The translations under genes and the position numbers were made by a program. Source: Blasia pusilla (Eukaryota). From it: a DNA stretch of 64,000 nt. The stretch spans positions 25,854,001-25,918,000 of the forward strand of contig CM114271.1 of assembly GCA_050084515.1 (NCBI GenBank). Direction: 5' to 3'. Positions 27,862 through 40,790 of this stretch are shown here, one piece after another; position 1 is the first letter of the stretch; every line of letters begins with the position of its first letter. Below the pieces are notes generated by a model. The model saw only the letters and a program-made list of their open reading frames with translations. It had not been told where the DNA came from and searched no databases.

Positions 27862-30829
27862 TCAACTCGCCTTCTTTCTTTTGCTCCTGTGCTTCAATTG
27901 CTGAAACTGATTATGTCCCTTGGCATCTGATGATTTCCTCTTCATGTCTTTGCGAGCTTTCACCTTATCTTCAAAACCACTATCCATCATCTTCATTGCA
28001 GCAACCCGCTTGGCCTTGTACACCTGCGACGTTAGATTCCAACTTCACTCAGACTCCCGATAATTATGAAGCAAAAATTTGTCACATCCCCGCATAACCT
28101 TCTGCTCACTGATGACTTCTGATGCCTTGGAGAGCAACAACAATGGTACCTGCTCTGAATGATGAGAGACAACAAAAATTGAGCAGAAAGTCACCTGAGT
28201 GATGCCCTTGAGAACCTCATCTTCATTGGTTTCATACTCCTCCAATTCTTTCCCAATCACTTTCTCGATCTCATGAACAAGCTCCACGTCATACTACAAG
28301 CAGTGAGAGTAGTTTTTAGACGTCATTTAAGAAGTTGAAAAGTACTTTCCCAACATCCAAGAAGACTAAAAGTTCAGCACAAAAATGAACAGAACTTCCT
28401 GAGACACTCTACTGACCTGTGTCACCAGACTAACTGCACAACCTCCTCTGCCAGCACGAGCTGTTCGCCCAACCCGATGAACATAATCCTGAGCAAGTCT
28501 GGTTTGATGAAGCACAAGTATTAGACATGACAGTTCCGTGAGCCTCTTTCAACTGTCTTAGAAGATCTGGTAAGCGATGACTTAAACCCAGATGAGGGAG
28601 TCGCTAAACTTGGTATATCCTACATGATGGCAAGATCAACAGACGGAACAGGATAACTAGCAGGTATGAGAATTCAGTGAAATTCCTTCAACCCCTGCCC
28701 TCGGGGCTCTGGCATGACTGAAACCCAGTTGAAAGGTGCTAACCTTGGAAGATCATAGTTGATGACAAGATCAACAGTTGGAATGTCAAGACCTCTGCTT
28801 GCCACGTCGGTGGCAATCAAAATAGGCACCTGTCCAGCCTTGAAACGGGCTAGAGAAGCCAGCCTCTGTTGTTGGGATTTCATAGAATGTAGCGCAGCCG
28901 TATCCACGTCCAGCTGCTCCATGATAAGACTCAACAAGTGGCAAGTCCTACACACCATGCGAAAGATCAGCTCCCGTTAAACAGGCCAAACCCTCAGAGG
29001 AAAATTTGAGTTGAATTATGAATCACATATGATCTTCTAGGCTTCTCCTCAGTTCACACAGAAGAATTAAGATTTTCCAGTGTGAACTGAAGATAAGCCT
29101 AGGAGTTTGCCTGGGCCTTTCAAACCTTTTCCTACAGACTCAAAGCTGGTCACAAAGTACACATACTCGATGCCTACCCAGCTGCAAAAAGTGACACGAA
29201 CCAATTGATCAATGGATGAAGAAGCTATGGCACCTGCAACTAGCAGCGAAGATCATGACAGAGCGTATAGACTGGTCTTCGAGAGAAGCCAAGAGGTGCA
29301 TGAGGTACACATCCTTGACATTCGCAGGTAGGAAGATGTATTGTTGCTTCAGGGTCTCCACGGTTTTAAAGCCATCTCCTTCATATGCTTGATAGTAAAA
29401 TGCCTTGTCAAGCGACAGCGCATGTAGGGCGTTCAAGTTTCCTGTCATCGTTGCAGAGAAGAGTAGAGTCTGTCGATTCGTTGGCAAGTTCTGCAACACA
29501 GCTCGCATCTCACTCTCGAATCCCACCTCCAGCAGACGATCTGCTTCGTCGAGAACGAGAAACTGCAGCACCAAAACCAAAAACACCAGTCCAATCTAAT
29601 TGATAGACGTTTATGGCACTGCGCTTCCATACGAAGTTCACTCCCTCACTCACTCACTGTTACAGCTCGCAATTCGAGGCACTGACCCCTTCCCATCTCA
29701 AGGATAGACAGGGATGACACAATCCATGCTCTCTTCAGATCGAAAACATCCTCTGGCGGTTCATAATTTTTCAAATGAGTTGCTTAGATAGCCATGTAGG
29801 CTCGATTTGTACTTCCGTGTATTTTCCAGAGAGCGAGCTTCGGTTAGAATCTACTTCATAAATTCTGGGCATTCCGCTTCCATGCGAAACTCACTCGCTA
29901 GCCTCAATCTACACTGCGACTCGCAGCGCTGCAGCTCCTAACTCGAAGCACTGACCCCTTCCCATCTAAAGGATGACAAAGGATCACGCACAATCCATGC
30001 ACTCTTGAGCTGGAAGACCTACCATGGTGACTCAGAATTTCATCAAATGAGTAGCTTGGGAACCATACAGGCTCGAATTCGTACTTCCCTGGTCTTTTCC
30101 AGATGGTGACCTTCGGTTAGAACTCACATAGACCCTTCCAGACATGGAAATGTTCAAGGTTTGGCGATGAGGACGAGAAATGAGACCATCTGAAGTGCGG
30201 GTAGGCTTGGAGAGCGCGAGTACCTTTGCGTTGGAGAAGTAGCTAGCCATCTCTCCATCGCTGATGAAGTGGTCTTTCATGCGGCCAGGAGTAGCAATCA
30301 CCACGTGGGGCCTGTTCATTAAAGCCTGTGCTTGAGAGGTCATATCCATGCCTCCCACCACAACAGCACAGCGCAAATTCATCGAGGATCCCAGAGCTTT
30401 GAATTGATCGGCGATCTGAAATGCTAGCTCCCTTGTAGGAGTCATGACGAGCGCATATATACCGTAAGGATTCTCTGCCAGTTTCTGCAAAATCGGGAGT
30501 GCGAAAGCGGCCGTTTTCCCACTTCCAGTCTGAGCCATACCCAGCACGTCCTTTCCCTCCAGAATTCGAGGAATGCATCCCAGCTGAACGGGCGTAGGAC
30601 GCACCATTCCGAGCTCCCGGCAAGTGCTCTGCAGCCATGGCGGCAATCCCAAGCTCTCGAATGTCCTCACATCCTCAACGTCCACTCCTGCAGCAGCATC
30701 ACCAGATTTCACTCGCTTCTGCCGAGGCCGAGACGAAGAAGAGACAGCAGATTTCCTCCCTTTCGAGAAGATCTCCGGAGCTCCATCCTCCTCCTCCTCC
30801 TCCGCCTCCACCATCACCCCCACCTTCAT
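27862..30829 (-). CDS. RH36: DEAD-box RNA helicase 36 (DDX49/Dbp8 orthologue), multi-exon
   Basis: Q motif [51 protein letters not shown]. The C-terminal [22 protein letters not shown] is characteristic of the RH36/DDX49 family. Stop at 27862-27864. Confidence 0.92.
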
Positions 30830-31230
30830 TACAAGTAACCAGCCAACGATTCCCACTCCCTCAAATCGAGTGCTTGCCTTTCAAAGCCACAAGCCACCCA
30901 CCTGCTGTACAATTCGCATCCTGAGGACCCATAGCGCCATAGCCACGACTCCAATCAGTAGCCCTTCAGCTGAGCCCTGGGAAAGACGAATAGGGTTAGG
31001 GCTGAAGCCTCTCTCCTTCACATGTACAGAGAGACCTAAGTGCATACTGAAGGGTTTTACTCTCGTGGGTGTGTGGAATTGGGAGGAATGTTAGGGTTTG
31101 CATTGGAGAAACAGCTCTGGAGTCTGGAGTGTAGTGGGGTTTAGAGGAATTTAGGAGCTCGTGAGGGTTTAGGTGCATTAGTCCAAACCCACAGTCCAGA
31201 TTACTCGGCTGCCAGAGTGCAGCGAGCGCC
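30830..31230. promoter_or_regulatory. Short bidirectional promoter between RH36 and NOC3 with telo-box motifs
   Basis: Divergent ATGs are ~400 bp apart. Perfect TAGGGTTT (telo box, reverse complement AAACCCTA) at 31092-31099, with variants near 30991 and 31163. Confidence 0.65.
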
Positions 31231-31309
31231 ATGCCAGGCCGCCCTTCTGCCACGAACATGGCGTCGAACAAGCGCAAAAGAAAGCAGGTAATTAATTTGA
31301 TTGCCTCTC

Positions 31310-31354
<45 letters not shown>

Positions 31355-34300
31355 TGCACACTTTGCAAACCACAGTCCTGTGTCCCTTTTGGTCCGTCTC
31401 AGACAGTTGATCTCTTCGTGCATCTTTCCCCTCTGTCTCTCTCTCTCTGTGGCTCAAAATGAATCATTTTATTCATTCTCCGTCTCCTCGTTCGTCTTCC
31501 ATCTCATTCGTTCTCTCTGAATTATGCACCCAGCCCAGTCACTATTGCCACCCAACGACGGGGCGGGCGTGGGCTCCAAGGTCGCAAGGCTACGATAGGT
31601 ACTACTTGAGGAGTAGAGTCGCCCTGGACTTGCAATTCGCGAGTCCTGAGGCTCCGCATCCGTGCGGAATACTACTGGAAGGTTGATGCAGCCTGTGGAG
31701 TATGAAATTGCTCAATCTTTTCGCGGTTGTGATGGAATCCACGATGATAGGCAGGAACTTGTGTGGAGGTTCGGCAGCGAACGGATGGACCTCTGCAGTG
31801 CGGACTTCCCAGCTTAGAATTGTGGTCTCGAAATGTTCCACATCACAATGCGGTTATGACTAGTTCGATGGAAATCTCAAAGGATGTATATTGATGATGA
31901 TCAAATTATGATCAAATCTGTTTGATCGCGTCGAGCTATCGTACTTCGTGTGTTTGGGAGTCTAACATTTTGTGGGCTCGCAGAAAGGAGGAGCAAGCAC
32001 AGTTCCCAAGCTGCCTCCACAAGTCGCTGATGAAGATGTGGAGATTTCTGATGAGGATTTGGAATTTGTGCGGAAGCACAAAGACTATGCTGGGTTTTTC
32101 GCCAATGTGGACGCTAATTCCATCAGCAGGTATCTTTTGTTTCTTTTTTATTTCCTTTCATGCAGAGCTGTGGAGTATAGCCAACTAACTTCAAGGAGGA
32201 TTTTTTAAATCATTGTTTGCTCCTTTACTATGTATCCATACTGGATTAGTTTCCCGCCCCATCTGAAGGAGAAATTGGCCTCATCGGATATTTCTTTGGA
32301 ATTGGCATCACTGTTTTCTGAAAATCCAAAGCAGGTATTGCAGCTGATGCTGGAAGGTATTTGAACAAATGTTATTTGTCCCTGCCTTTTATCGGTGTAG
32401 GCAGGTGCTGGGCTTAAAGCCGGATCAGGATGGGGATGATCTGGAGACATATTACGAGAAGAGAGCTACCAGAGCAAATGAGGCTGGTAGTAAGAAGATA
32501 TCTGTGGATCCTGTGGACGTGTTACCCGTCAAGTCACTCACAGGAGAGTTGCACTACCGATCCACAGCCACTGGGGACGCAGGTATCTACAATCAAATGT
32601 CACTGTAGATGGGGGCATGGATTCAATTGTAATTCTTTCATGTGCTTCATGGATTGCTGTCGTGAGTTATAGTGCAAATGTCTTTGTCAACTGCAAGAGT
32701 CTTCGAACACATTTTCCATCTTTTTCTGAGCGTCAGGAGGTGCTATTGAATAGAAAGGGCTTCAGATTTCTGCTTTGTACGTAGAATGCTGGCAATTTTA
32801 TTGAACCATATTACTCTGAAAAATAATCTGCTGTTGGCAATGGGGAGGTTCTTGCCAACAGCATTGTGATGTGGTGGTTGAGTCCCCTTAGTTACCCCCA
32901 CATTTTAAACTCCCTTGCCTGCACCTCTGGGAACCAAGATCCATATGCAGCATTTCGTTTTACAACTGCCCTCAAGCAAAGATATCCGAGGAAAGATATT
33001 GATTCTAAGTTTTATGTTTTAAGTTCAGAGAAAGGCAAGAGGCCACATGTGAGAAAGGTTTTCGTACCAATTTTGAAGGTGTTTAGATTCATCCTGCAGA
33101 CATGTGAGGGTGTGATAATTTATGTCAGTATTTGCAAAGCATCCAGAACACTGACAACAGACCTACATTTCTTTCTCAGTGGATGCAACATCCATCAGCA
33201 TGGAAGATCGTAGGGCCCTTGTCCGGAAAGGGACTACCAGTCACCTATCTGAAGGAACAGATGAAGTGGCTGAACAAAGCTTAGCAGATCAGGGCCCTGA
33301 TGGTAAAGATGCAAAGAAATCCAAGGTGGAAAGAAGAAAGGAACTGAAGCAGTTAAGGAGGAAACAAAGGGAAGAGAAGAAACTTGAAAAGCTTGCAGGG
33401 AGAGTTACCACAGAAGTTATCCATGAGCCGAGTGGTCCATCATTGGCTGAGGAAGATTTGGTAGGTCATTGCTTCGCACAGATGTTGTGCAGTGGGCACC
33501 ACAATTTCACTGAAACTGAGTTTTTATAAAATAAGTTGGGATTATCTCCAACTTACTGGAAATTCATGAAAGCATCTGACCCGCAGAAAGTTTATTCCTT
33601 GTTTTGATGTGTCTTTTTTGCAATGTCTGTGGAAAACATTTGTAGGAAGAATTGGAGGACTTTGTTTCTGTACATGAAAGGAGGTCAGGTCTGAGAACTC
33701 GGATGGCGGAGATTGGAACAGGATTGCTGGCGGATCCTGAGAATAACCTTGCTGAACTGAAAGAGCTTCAAGACATGTGTCTTGACCGGGATGATAGCGT
33801 TTCCCACCTAGCTATGCTCTCTTCAATGGCTATTTTCAAAGATCTGATACCTGGGTTCGTGAACTCCTGTCCTTACCACCTGTTCAAAAGTGATATCATG
33901 CGTCTGTGGCTACTCCTCTGACTAGCTTCGGAGTTGGCGTTGTCTGTTAATGTCAATCTTGAGGATTTACCTTAGACTTGTTTTATGACCAGGTAGAATC
34001 TTTATCTGAGCACATCTCTGGCTTTGATACATAGCTACTTATATATCTTTCTGATATTTATTTAGTTGGATAGAAAGTGTGGACCCGGTTACCTGTTGAT
34101 GATGAGCTAATAGTTCCAGTGGAGTGCTTAGATGTCGCAATTTTTATGTGTTAGCCATCTTTTTCCTGGATTCCTCATTGAAGATTTTCTTTTTTGCTTT
34201 TGTGTGGACAGCTACCGCATCAGGCTACCATCTGAGAAAGAGTTGGAGATGGCAGTTTCCAAAGACGTAAAGAAATTGCGGGATTATGAAACAGCCCTTC

Positions 34301-37300
34301 TTCGTCACTATAAGGTCAGTAGTGCACTCTGCTCACTCATCAACATTTCAACCATTGTCATATTCGTCAGGTTTTCATGAAAGCTTTGATGGGTATGGAG
34401 TCGTATTATACTTTGCCTCTGCATGTTAAGTTGTTTCCTTGTAGTAATTATGGAAGATGATGACTGATATGAATGGGCTATGTTTGCAGGCCTACGTACA
34501 AATCCTTGTCAAGGCTGCAAAATCTAAGAACAGGCGCTGGACAGCACTCAAGTGCCTCGGTGCACTCCTGGAAGCTGTGCCTCACTTCAACTATCGAGAG
34601 AGCCTCCTCTCTGCACTAGTTCCTCGTATGAATTCCTGGGATGATCAATGCTGGTGATTATCAGATATACTACTTTCAGATTGACATGTTCTGATTTATT
34701 TACTTCGATGTCTTTTGCCATGGACCTTGGCCTATTTCTCCCACCTTACTTAAAACTACTACTGTAGGGAGCAATGAGAAAAATAAGCAATTTTGTTGTA
34801 GTACCAGCACTTTGATTGACATAAGCCCTGGAACTTGCAGCAAAACAAGTTGTGATGCTATTATATCACTGTTTAAAAAATTTGGAAAGCAAGGAGGAGA
34901 GGCCACAGTTGAGGCTGTGCAGCTGATCGCAGATTTGGTGAAGCTCCGGAATTGCAACCTGCGTCCTGAAGTTATGCAGGTAACTGGAATTTTTAATTAT
35001 TGGCAAGAAAACAGTTCATTGCAGTTTGTGCGATCATCAGTAAGAAACAGATACAAAGCAGAGCATGGAACTATGGCATGAAGAGTCTGTAAGTTTTTCA
35101 GCCTTATGGTCATTCACTGGCACTTGTACAACCACAGGTGTTTCTTCATTTGTCTTTTGATGAGGACCTGGTAAGGTCCGCTGCTTCTCGAGCTGCTGGG
35201 CAACCTACAATGAAGCCGGGTGAGAAGCAGAAGAAGTCTAAGCGAGAGGAAAAGAAAGAAAAGAAGGCCAAGAAGCGGGAACTTGCAGCAAAATTGAGGA
35301 AAGAGGTGAGTTTGGCAAATATCTACCACATCATGCCTTTTCTCTGTTACTCATGTCCTTTTCTGCAGAGTTTCCGCGTTTCAAAATCATCCATGTCTAC
35401 AAGAATTTTGTGACAAGATGGACTTGGGAAAGGAAATGGAAGTCTGATTGTGGGCGTGAGCAGTATCCCAAGACGGAACTCATTAGTATTCATGCAGAAG
35501 TGGTCATGTACTGTCGCCCCATTGAAACTTATGCTGGTAGAATCTATTATCCACTACACACCTGCTGGGACCAGCAGCCTTAAGTCTAGCACTCCACAAT
35601 TCTCCTGTGATTTGACAGGTTATTTTGCTCATGCTCATGTTCAGCCTGAAGCTCGGCCATAAGAATCAATTGTAATTTGATATCTTGGATATGAATCAAT
35701 GGATTGTTCATATCCAACTTCCGCAGACATGTGGAGGATGCTCCACTTTCAGATAATCTCGTATAGCTTATCTCATATTTACTCCCAGAATTATGCAGCA
35801 TGTCACTCTTCACTCAGAAGCAGTTCTGAAGTGCTTATTCCAAGAAGTTTGCTACTGGAACAATTCATAATATTATGGTCATGCCGTGTTGATAGGTCAA
35901 AGCAGATTTCAAAGAAGCAGCGGTCCTGCCAGAAGTTGCAGAGTACAGAAAACAACAAACTCTGACACTCTCATCAGTGTTTGAAACTTATTTTCGCGTT
36001 TTAAAGACAAGTTTGGAGCTACCCCGGGAGAGGTATAATTCCACCGCCAGAGTTTGCATTCAAAGCAGTTGTCTTTGCAGGAGAGAGTTCTCAATATGTT
36101 TTCTTAGATGGAAGTGTGTGGCTGTTGACAAATGCAAAAGGATTGTACGATCCTGAGTGAGAGGATGGTTTATCTGTTTCATTATGGTTAGAACAAAGTT
36201 TCCCAATGCCAATGTTGTGCAATTGGCTGTGGGCCACACTGAACCACCAAATTCAGTGTGAAAAGAGGCCCCCCCTCCCCCCTTATCTGAACAGATGATT
36301 TCAGCATGTCTCAGTGTTCATTCGGGAATCATGATTTTTACTATTGTCTTTGTTTGTTCAATCAGATATGTTCCTGAAAATGTTGACAAAGCAACATGGA
36401 AAGAGCTTGGGCCTAGACCTCTCCTCGGACCATGTCTGGAGGGCCTGGCAAAGTTTGCACATCTTATCAATGTGGACTTTATGGGTGACCTTCTGGAAGT
36501 GCTCCGCACTCTGGCTAGTGGTGGGAAATTTTCCTCCGAATCTTCAGATGCACCAATCACTGTCTGGGAACAACTGCAATGCTGCATCATTGCTTTCAAA
36601 ATCGTCAAGAACAACATGGATGCACTAAATATTGACCTACGAGAATTTTATGTTCGATTTTATAACTTGCTTCTCGATGCCATGTTTGTCAGGTAATCTC
36701 ATTACCCTGGTTATTACCCCTAGTTAGTTGCTTCTTGTGTCGAGAATGCTTTGGTACTCAAAATGATTAAAGAGAGTAGCAAGGATCTCATTAGCTGGAA
36801 CTGGCTACTGATGTCAGGGAAGATGAAAGAAGCAGAGAAGTGCTGGCACAGGCACTGGAGGTCATGTTGTGGGAGGGACGGCACACTGACATGCAGCGTG
36901 CCGCTGCCTTTGTGAAACGTCTATCAACTCTTGCACTGCACCTTGAGTTTGCAGAGGCTGTAGCTGGTAAGAAGATTTGCTGCTACTGGTTTATGAAGTG
37001 CATGTACAAAATGATCTCTCTTGGCCCTCTATCTGAGTTGCTTTTGTTTGTGGGGATGCTCTGCGGATTAAGCAAATACTTGCGCTTGAATTCATATAAG
37101 AATTGACATAGCTCTGTGTTTTAGAGCGTGGGGTGGTACTTTCCATATCTTTATTTTCAATTCTTGTCTTGGAACATGGTGAAAAGTCCTAGAACACTGT
37201 TCGCTTTGCCTAATCTTACCCTACTTAAAATCGCTCAAAATTTGTGCAGCCCTGGTCACTGTGAGACATTTACTGGTCCGGTACAAAAGGTGCCGCAACA

Positions 37301-37872
37301 TCCTGGAGAATGATGGAGGAGGAGGTCCTGGTGGTGGCATTTCGGTAGCTTTCTATATATCCTTTAAACACCCTTGCGGTCTGCTTTCAACTCCACAAAG
37401 CTCTTCCATAGCTTAAAAGTAGCACACCTGACACATTGTAACTGTTCTCTCGCAGACATTTCATGCAGAAGGCGACGATCCAGACCTCAGTGGAGCCCTA
37501 TCAACAGTATTGTGGGAAATGACTCTGTTATCGGAACACTGCAGTCCTGCTGTTGCAGACATTGCATCAACGCTTGCGACCATGAGTAACTCCACGTCCA
37601 TGGTTCTTCCCACGCTGACACCGACTGAAGCCATAAAGGAACATAGTTCTGTCGTCGCCAAGGTAGAAGTGCACACAAAGCCCCGGAGGAAAAAGTTTCG
37701 TTTGGGCTACAAAGCCCCTTTGACTGATTTTATGACCAGTCTGGAGCACCAATATAACTTGAAAGTCTATGACACCTCTAGTGTAATGGAGGATATCAAA
37801 CCTGTCCAGAAGCTGTTCACGAGTCATTTTAAAGTACTCAAAGCTTTCAAAAGAAGTGACAAGCAAGGTTAG
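31231..37872 (+). CDS. NOC3: Nucleolar complex-associated protein 3, multi-exon (start 31231 or 31258; 3' end approximate)
   Basis: MASNKRKRKQ|KGG..LPPQVADEDVEISDEDLEFV, DPVDVLPVKSL.GEL, AIFKDLIPG|YRIR, AVPHFNYRE, GLAKFAHLINVDFMGDLL, RAAAFVKRL and LWEMTLL, all typical of plant NOC3. GT-AG introns. Confidence 0.9.
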
Positions 37873-39805
37873 CATTACACTTCAGCTCACAAATTCATAT
37901 ATTGTCCTTTCCCAGCTTGTGATTGCAGAGACTCAAAGCCCACCATGTATTGCAAATCCATCATTCACCAAAGTCTGGATTCAGGTGGAGATGGGTTTCC
38001 TCTCCATCATCTCCCCTTGTGAGAGCAATCTTGTAGCCAACAAATTGTGTGCCCACCCACAGGTTGACCACTCCTAGTCCAAGTTGTGTGCCTATACAAA
38101 CCACCCAGTCAGTTATCTGGCTTCAATGTCACAAAGAGCTCTACAATTAACTTAACAGGTTAGGACAAATGCAGGATGCCACCAAGCACCTAACCGTCGG
38201 AAATTTTGAGGAAGGTGCACCTCAGGGTTTGCCTCGTTGAGTGAACAGCTGAATTGAAACAGCATATGACTTTGAAAGCTAGGGAGAAGAGAAGCCTTTT
38301 CCTCTGATCCATGTGAAATTTAAACAATGTATAGAGGATTCAAAATCAGGATACATATTGGAGTCATAGAGGGTTCCCATCGGCATACAATGCAGTCATG
38401 GAAGCCCCATTGGTGAAAAATTACATTCGGTGGTCATTGGTGTGTCGACCAAACCGAACTAGTGGAAATCTATATCATACATGTGAAGTCCACTTGCCAA
38501 TAGTGAGTGATTTTAAGATTTGAGTGAACATTGTATATGCATGGAATGTGTTTTTATAAGATTGGGCCTTCTCTAGCATCCACACAAAGTTAAACTAATA
38601 AAGTTCAACATCCTCCATGGTTAGAGCCATCAAGAGATATGGCTAAGCCATGGTAATAACATTTACTTAAACAACAGATCTTATTGAATGGTGTTGTAAA
38701 GTTGAAGACATAAAATCGCTACCAAGATTGGAGCTTCAACATTGGTCATAGTTAGAGGATACGTACAGCACAGATTAGAGGGGTCGGAGCCATCAAGAGA
38801 AGTGATAGGGTTGTGGTAAATATCTTTCATTGGACTTGGGATCTTATGAAATGGTGGTGTGAGGTGGAAAACATGGAAGGTATGTATTTATGTCGCTACA
38901 TCCCATGATTGCTCTCACAAGCGGTGATAGAAAGGGCACCCTTGATTTTCCTCTTAGTCCATCAATTCAATGACCGCTGATGGAGCTCTAAAAGTTGTTA
39001 GAATGATCACACGACAACCCATTTTGCTTGCAAATATGGTGAGATGCCTAACATTTTGACGAGATTTTGGTGTAACTAATCGGGTGCCGACCCGCCCCCA
39101 ATAAAACCAAACATTGGTGGGATGAAGCTTCTATTCTTTCCATGATTTTATTTAGTTTACAACTAAAGAAATAGCCAGTTCCTGTGTCCAACACGGGTGA
39201 AAGATTAGCCCAAGAAGACAAAAGCTCGGATGTCTCAAAGACTCTTACATGCTTCGGTTTATAGGGAAAGAGCGACACATGCCAATTAATTACAAGCCCA
39301 AAGGACATGTGTCACCAAGAGGATAACGCTATAAGGGCACTCTCACATAATAATATAGATTATAATTCACGAATTTTCATTGTTTGGTGTAATGTGAGTT
39401 GAATAACAAATACCTTGCAAACCATCCACCTCAATTAGTTTTGAAGATCTCACGATGAGTCCAATCTTATTCCTCGACTTTTCCACACTACATTTATTTT
39501 AAAAAATAAATATGAGTTTCTTACTTGAAAAATAAGGATTACATACCACCATGTAGGAAAGAAATATATCTTTCATTTTAAAATTACAAAATCAATTCAG
39601 AAAATATCCTTAAAAGATAAGATTTTTTTTTCTTACGAAATTGAAAATATTTTCTATAAAAAGAAACTAATTAGTTATCGTTCGAGATCCAATTATACGC
39701 CTTGAAATACACACGTGTCAAAGGGACATTTTGAATTATCTTTTTGAATCATATTCAAAACCTTATTCGTCCAAAATGGTCTAATTTGAAACTCTATATC
39801 TATAT

Positions 39806-40790
39806 CTATATATATAATAATTGGCAACCCCATATGCATAATACGAAAAGATAGTGAGACAATAAGAAAAAATAGGCAACATGTTTGAATTTTTTTGTTT
39901 GAGGCATATTAGATGGGTAGAAATAGACAAAGGAATGACTATGCATTTGAGTGGAAAATATATTAATAAATTAATAATTTACTTAATATTATAATGGGTG
40001 ATTAAAAATATTAATAAAATGAAATAATTCTGACAAATAACCAAAATTTTAGATTTTTTTCCTCAATTCATATCTAATGGAAAGAGAAAATAAATTTTAA
40101 TGGAGAAGGAGTAGATTTTGTTTAAATTTTATGGAAGGGTAAAATTACTTAAGAGATTGGGATATCATTTAAATTTCAATGGAGGATTGTAATTACTAAG
40201 AAGAGTGAAATGTTATTACTCTTCCTATAAAATACAAATTATATTTAAAATTTGAAATTAAGAACGTGATTCTTTTTTAAAATAATGGCAGTAATTCACA
40301 TGTGATATTTTGGGAAAGGAAAATGAATTTGAATGGAAAATAAAAAGGATTTCGTTAATTAAAATTAGCTAAGATTTTGGTTAGTAAATATCATTTTGGT
40401 GGGAAGAGTGGAAGGGGAAGAATAGTTATTATGCGAGCTTTTACGGAGGAATGAAATTATTTAAGGGAGATGGATATTATTTAAAGGTGAAATTTTCTTA
40501 CTCTTTCAAGATTTTAAAAAATGGAAATTATACTTAAATTTTAAAATTAAATATAATTTGAAATTTTAAACATAATTTTTAAAAATTATTATTGACACTT
40601 GTTTTCAAGGCCCTTCTATTGACACGTGGCAATTGGACAGCAAGAAAATGTTTCACATGTTATGGGCAGAAAAAAAAATTTTGAGTTTGTGTGTAGCATC
40701 ATTAATCCCTTCCCTTCATAGGTTATACACTAACAAAAACTCTTCAAACACTTCTTTTTTTTTTCGTGCATCGCATAGGGCACCTTCCTT
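39806..40790 (+). mobile_element. AT-rich Helitron-like non-autonomous element
   Basis: TCTATATATATAAT 5'-like start at ~39806; degenerate 3' hairpin CGTGCATCGCATAGGG at ~40765; homology to 13850-13980. Confidence 0.45.
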
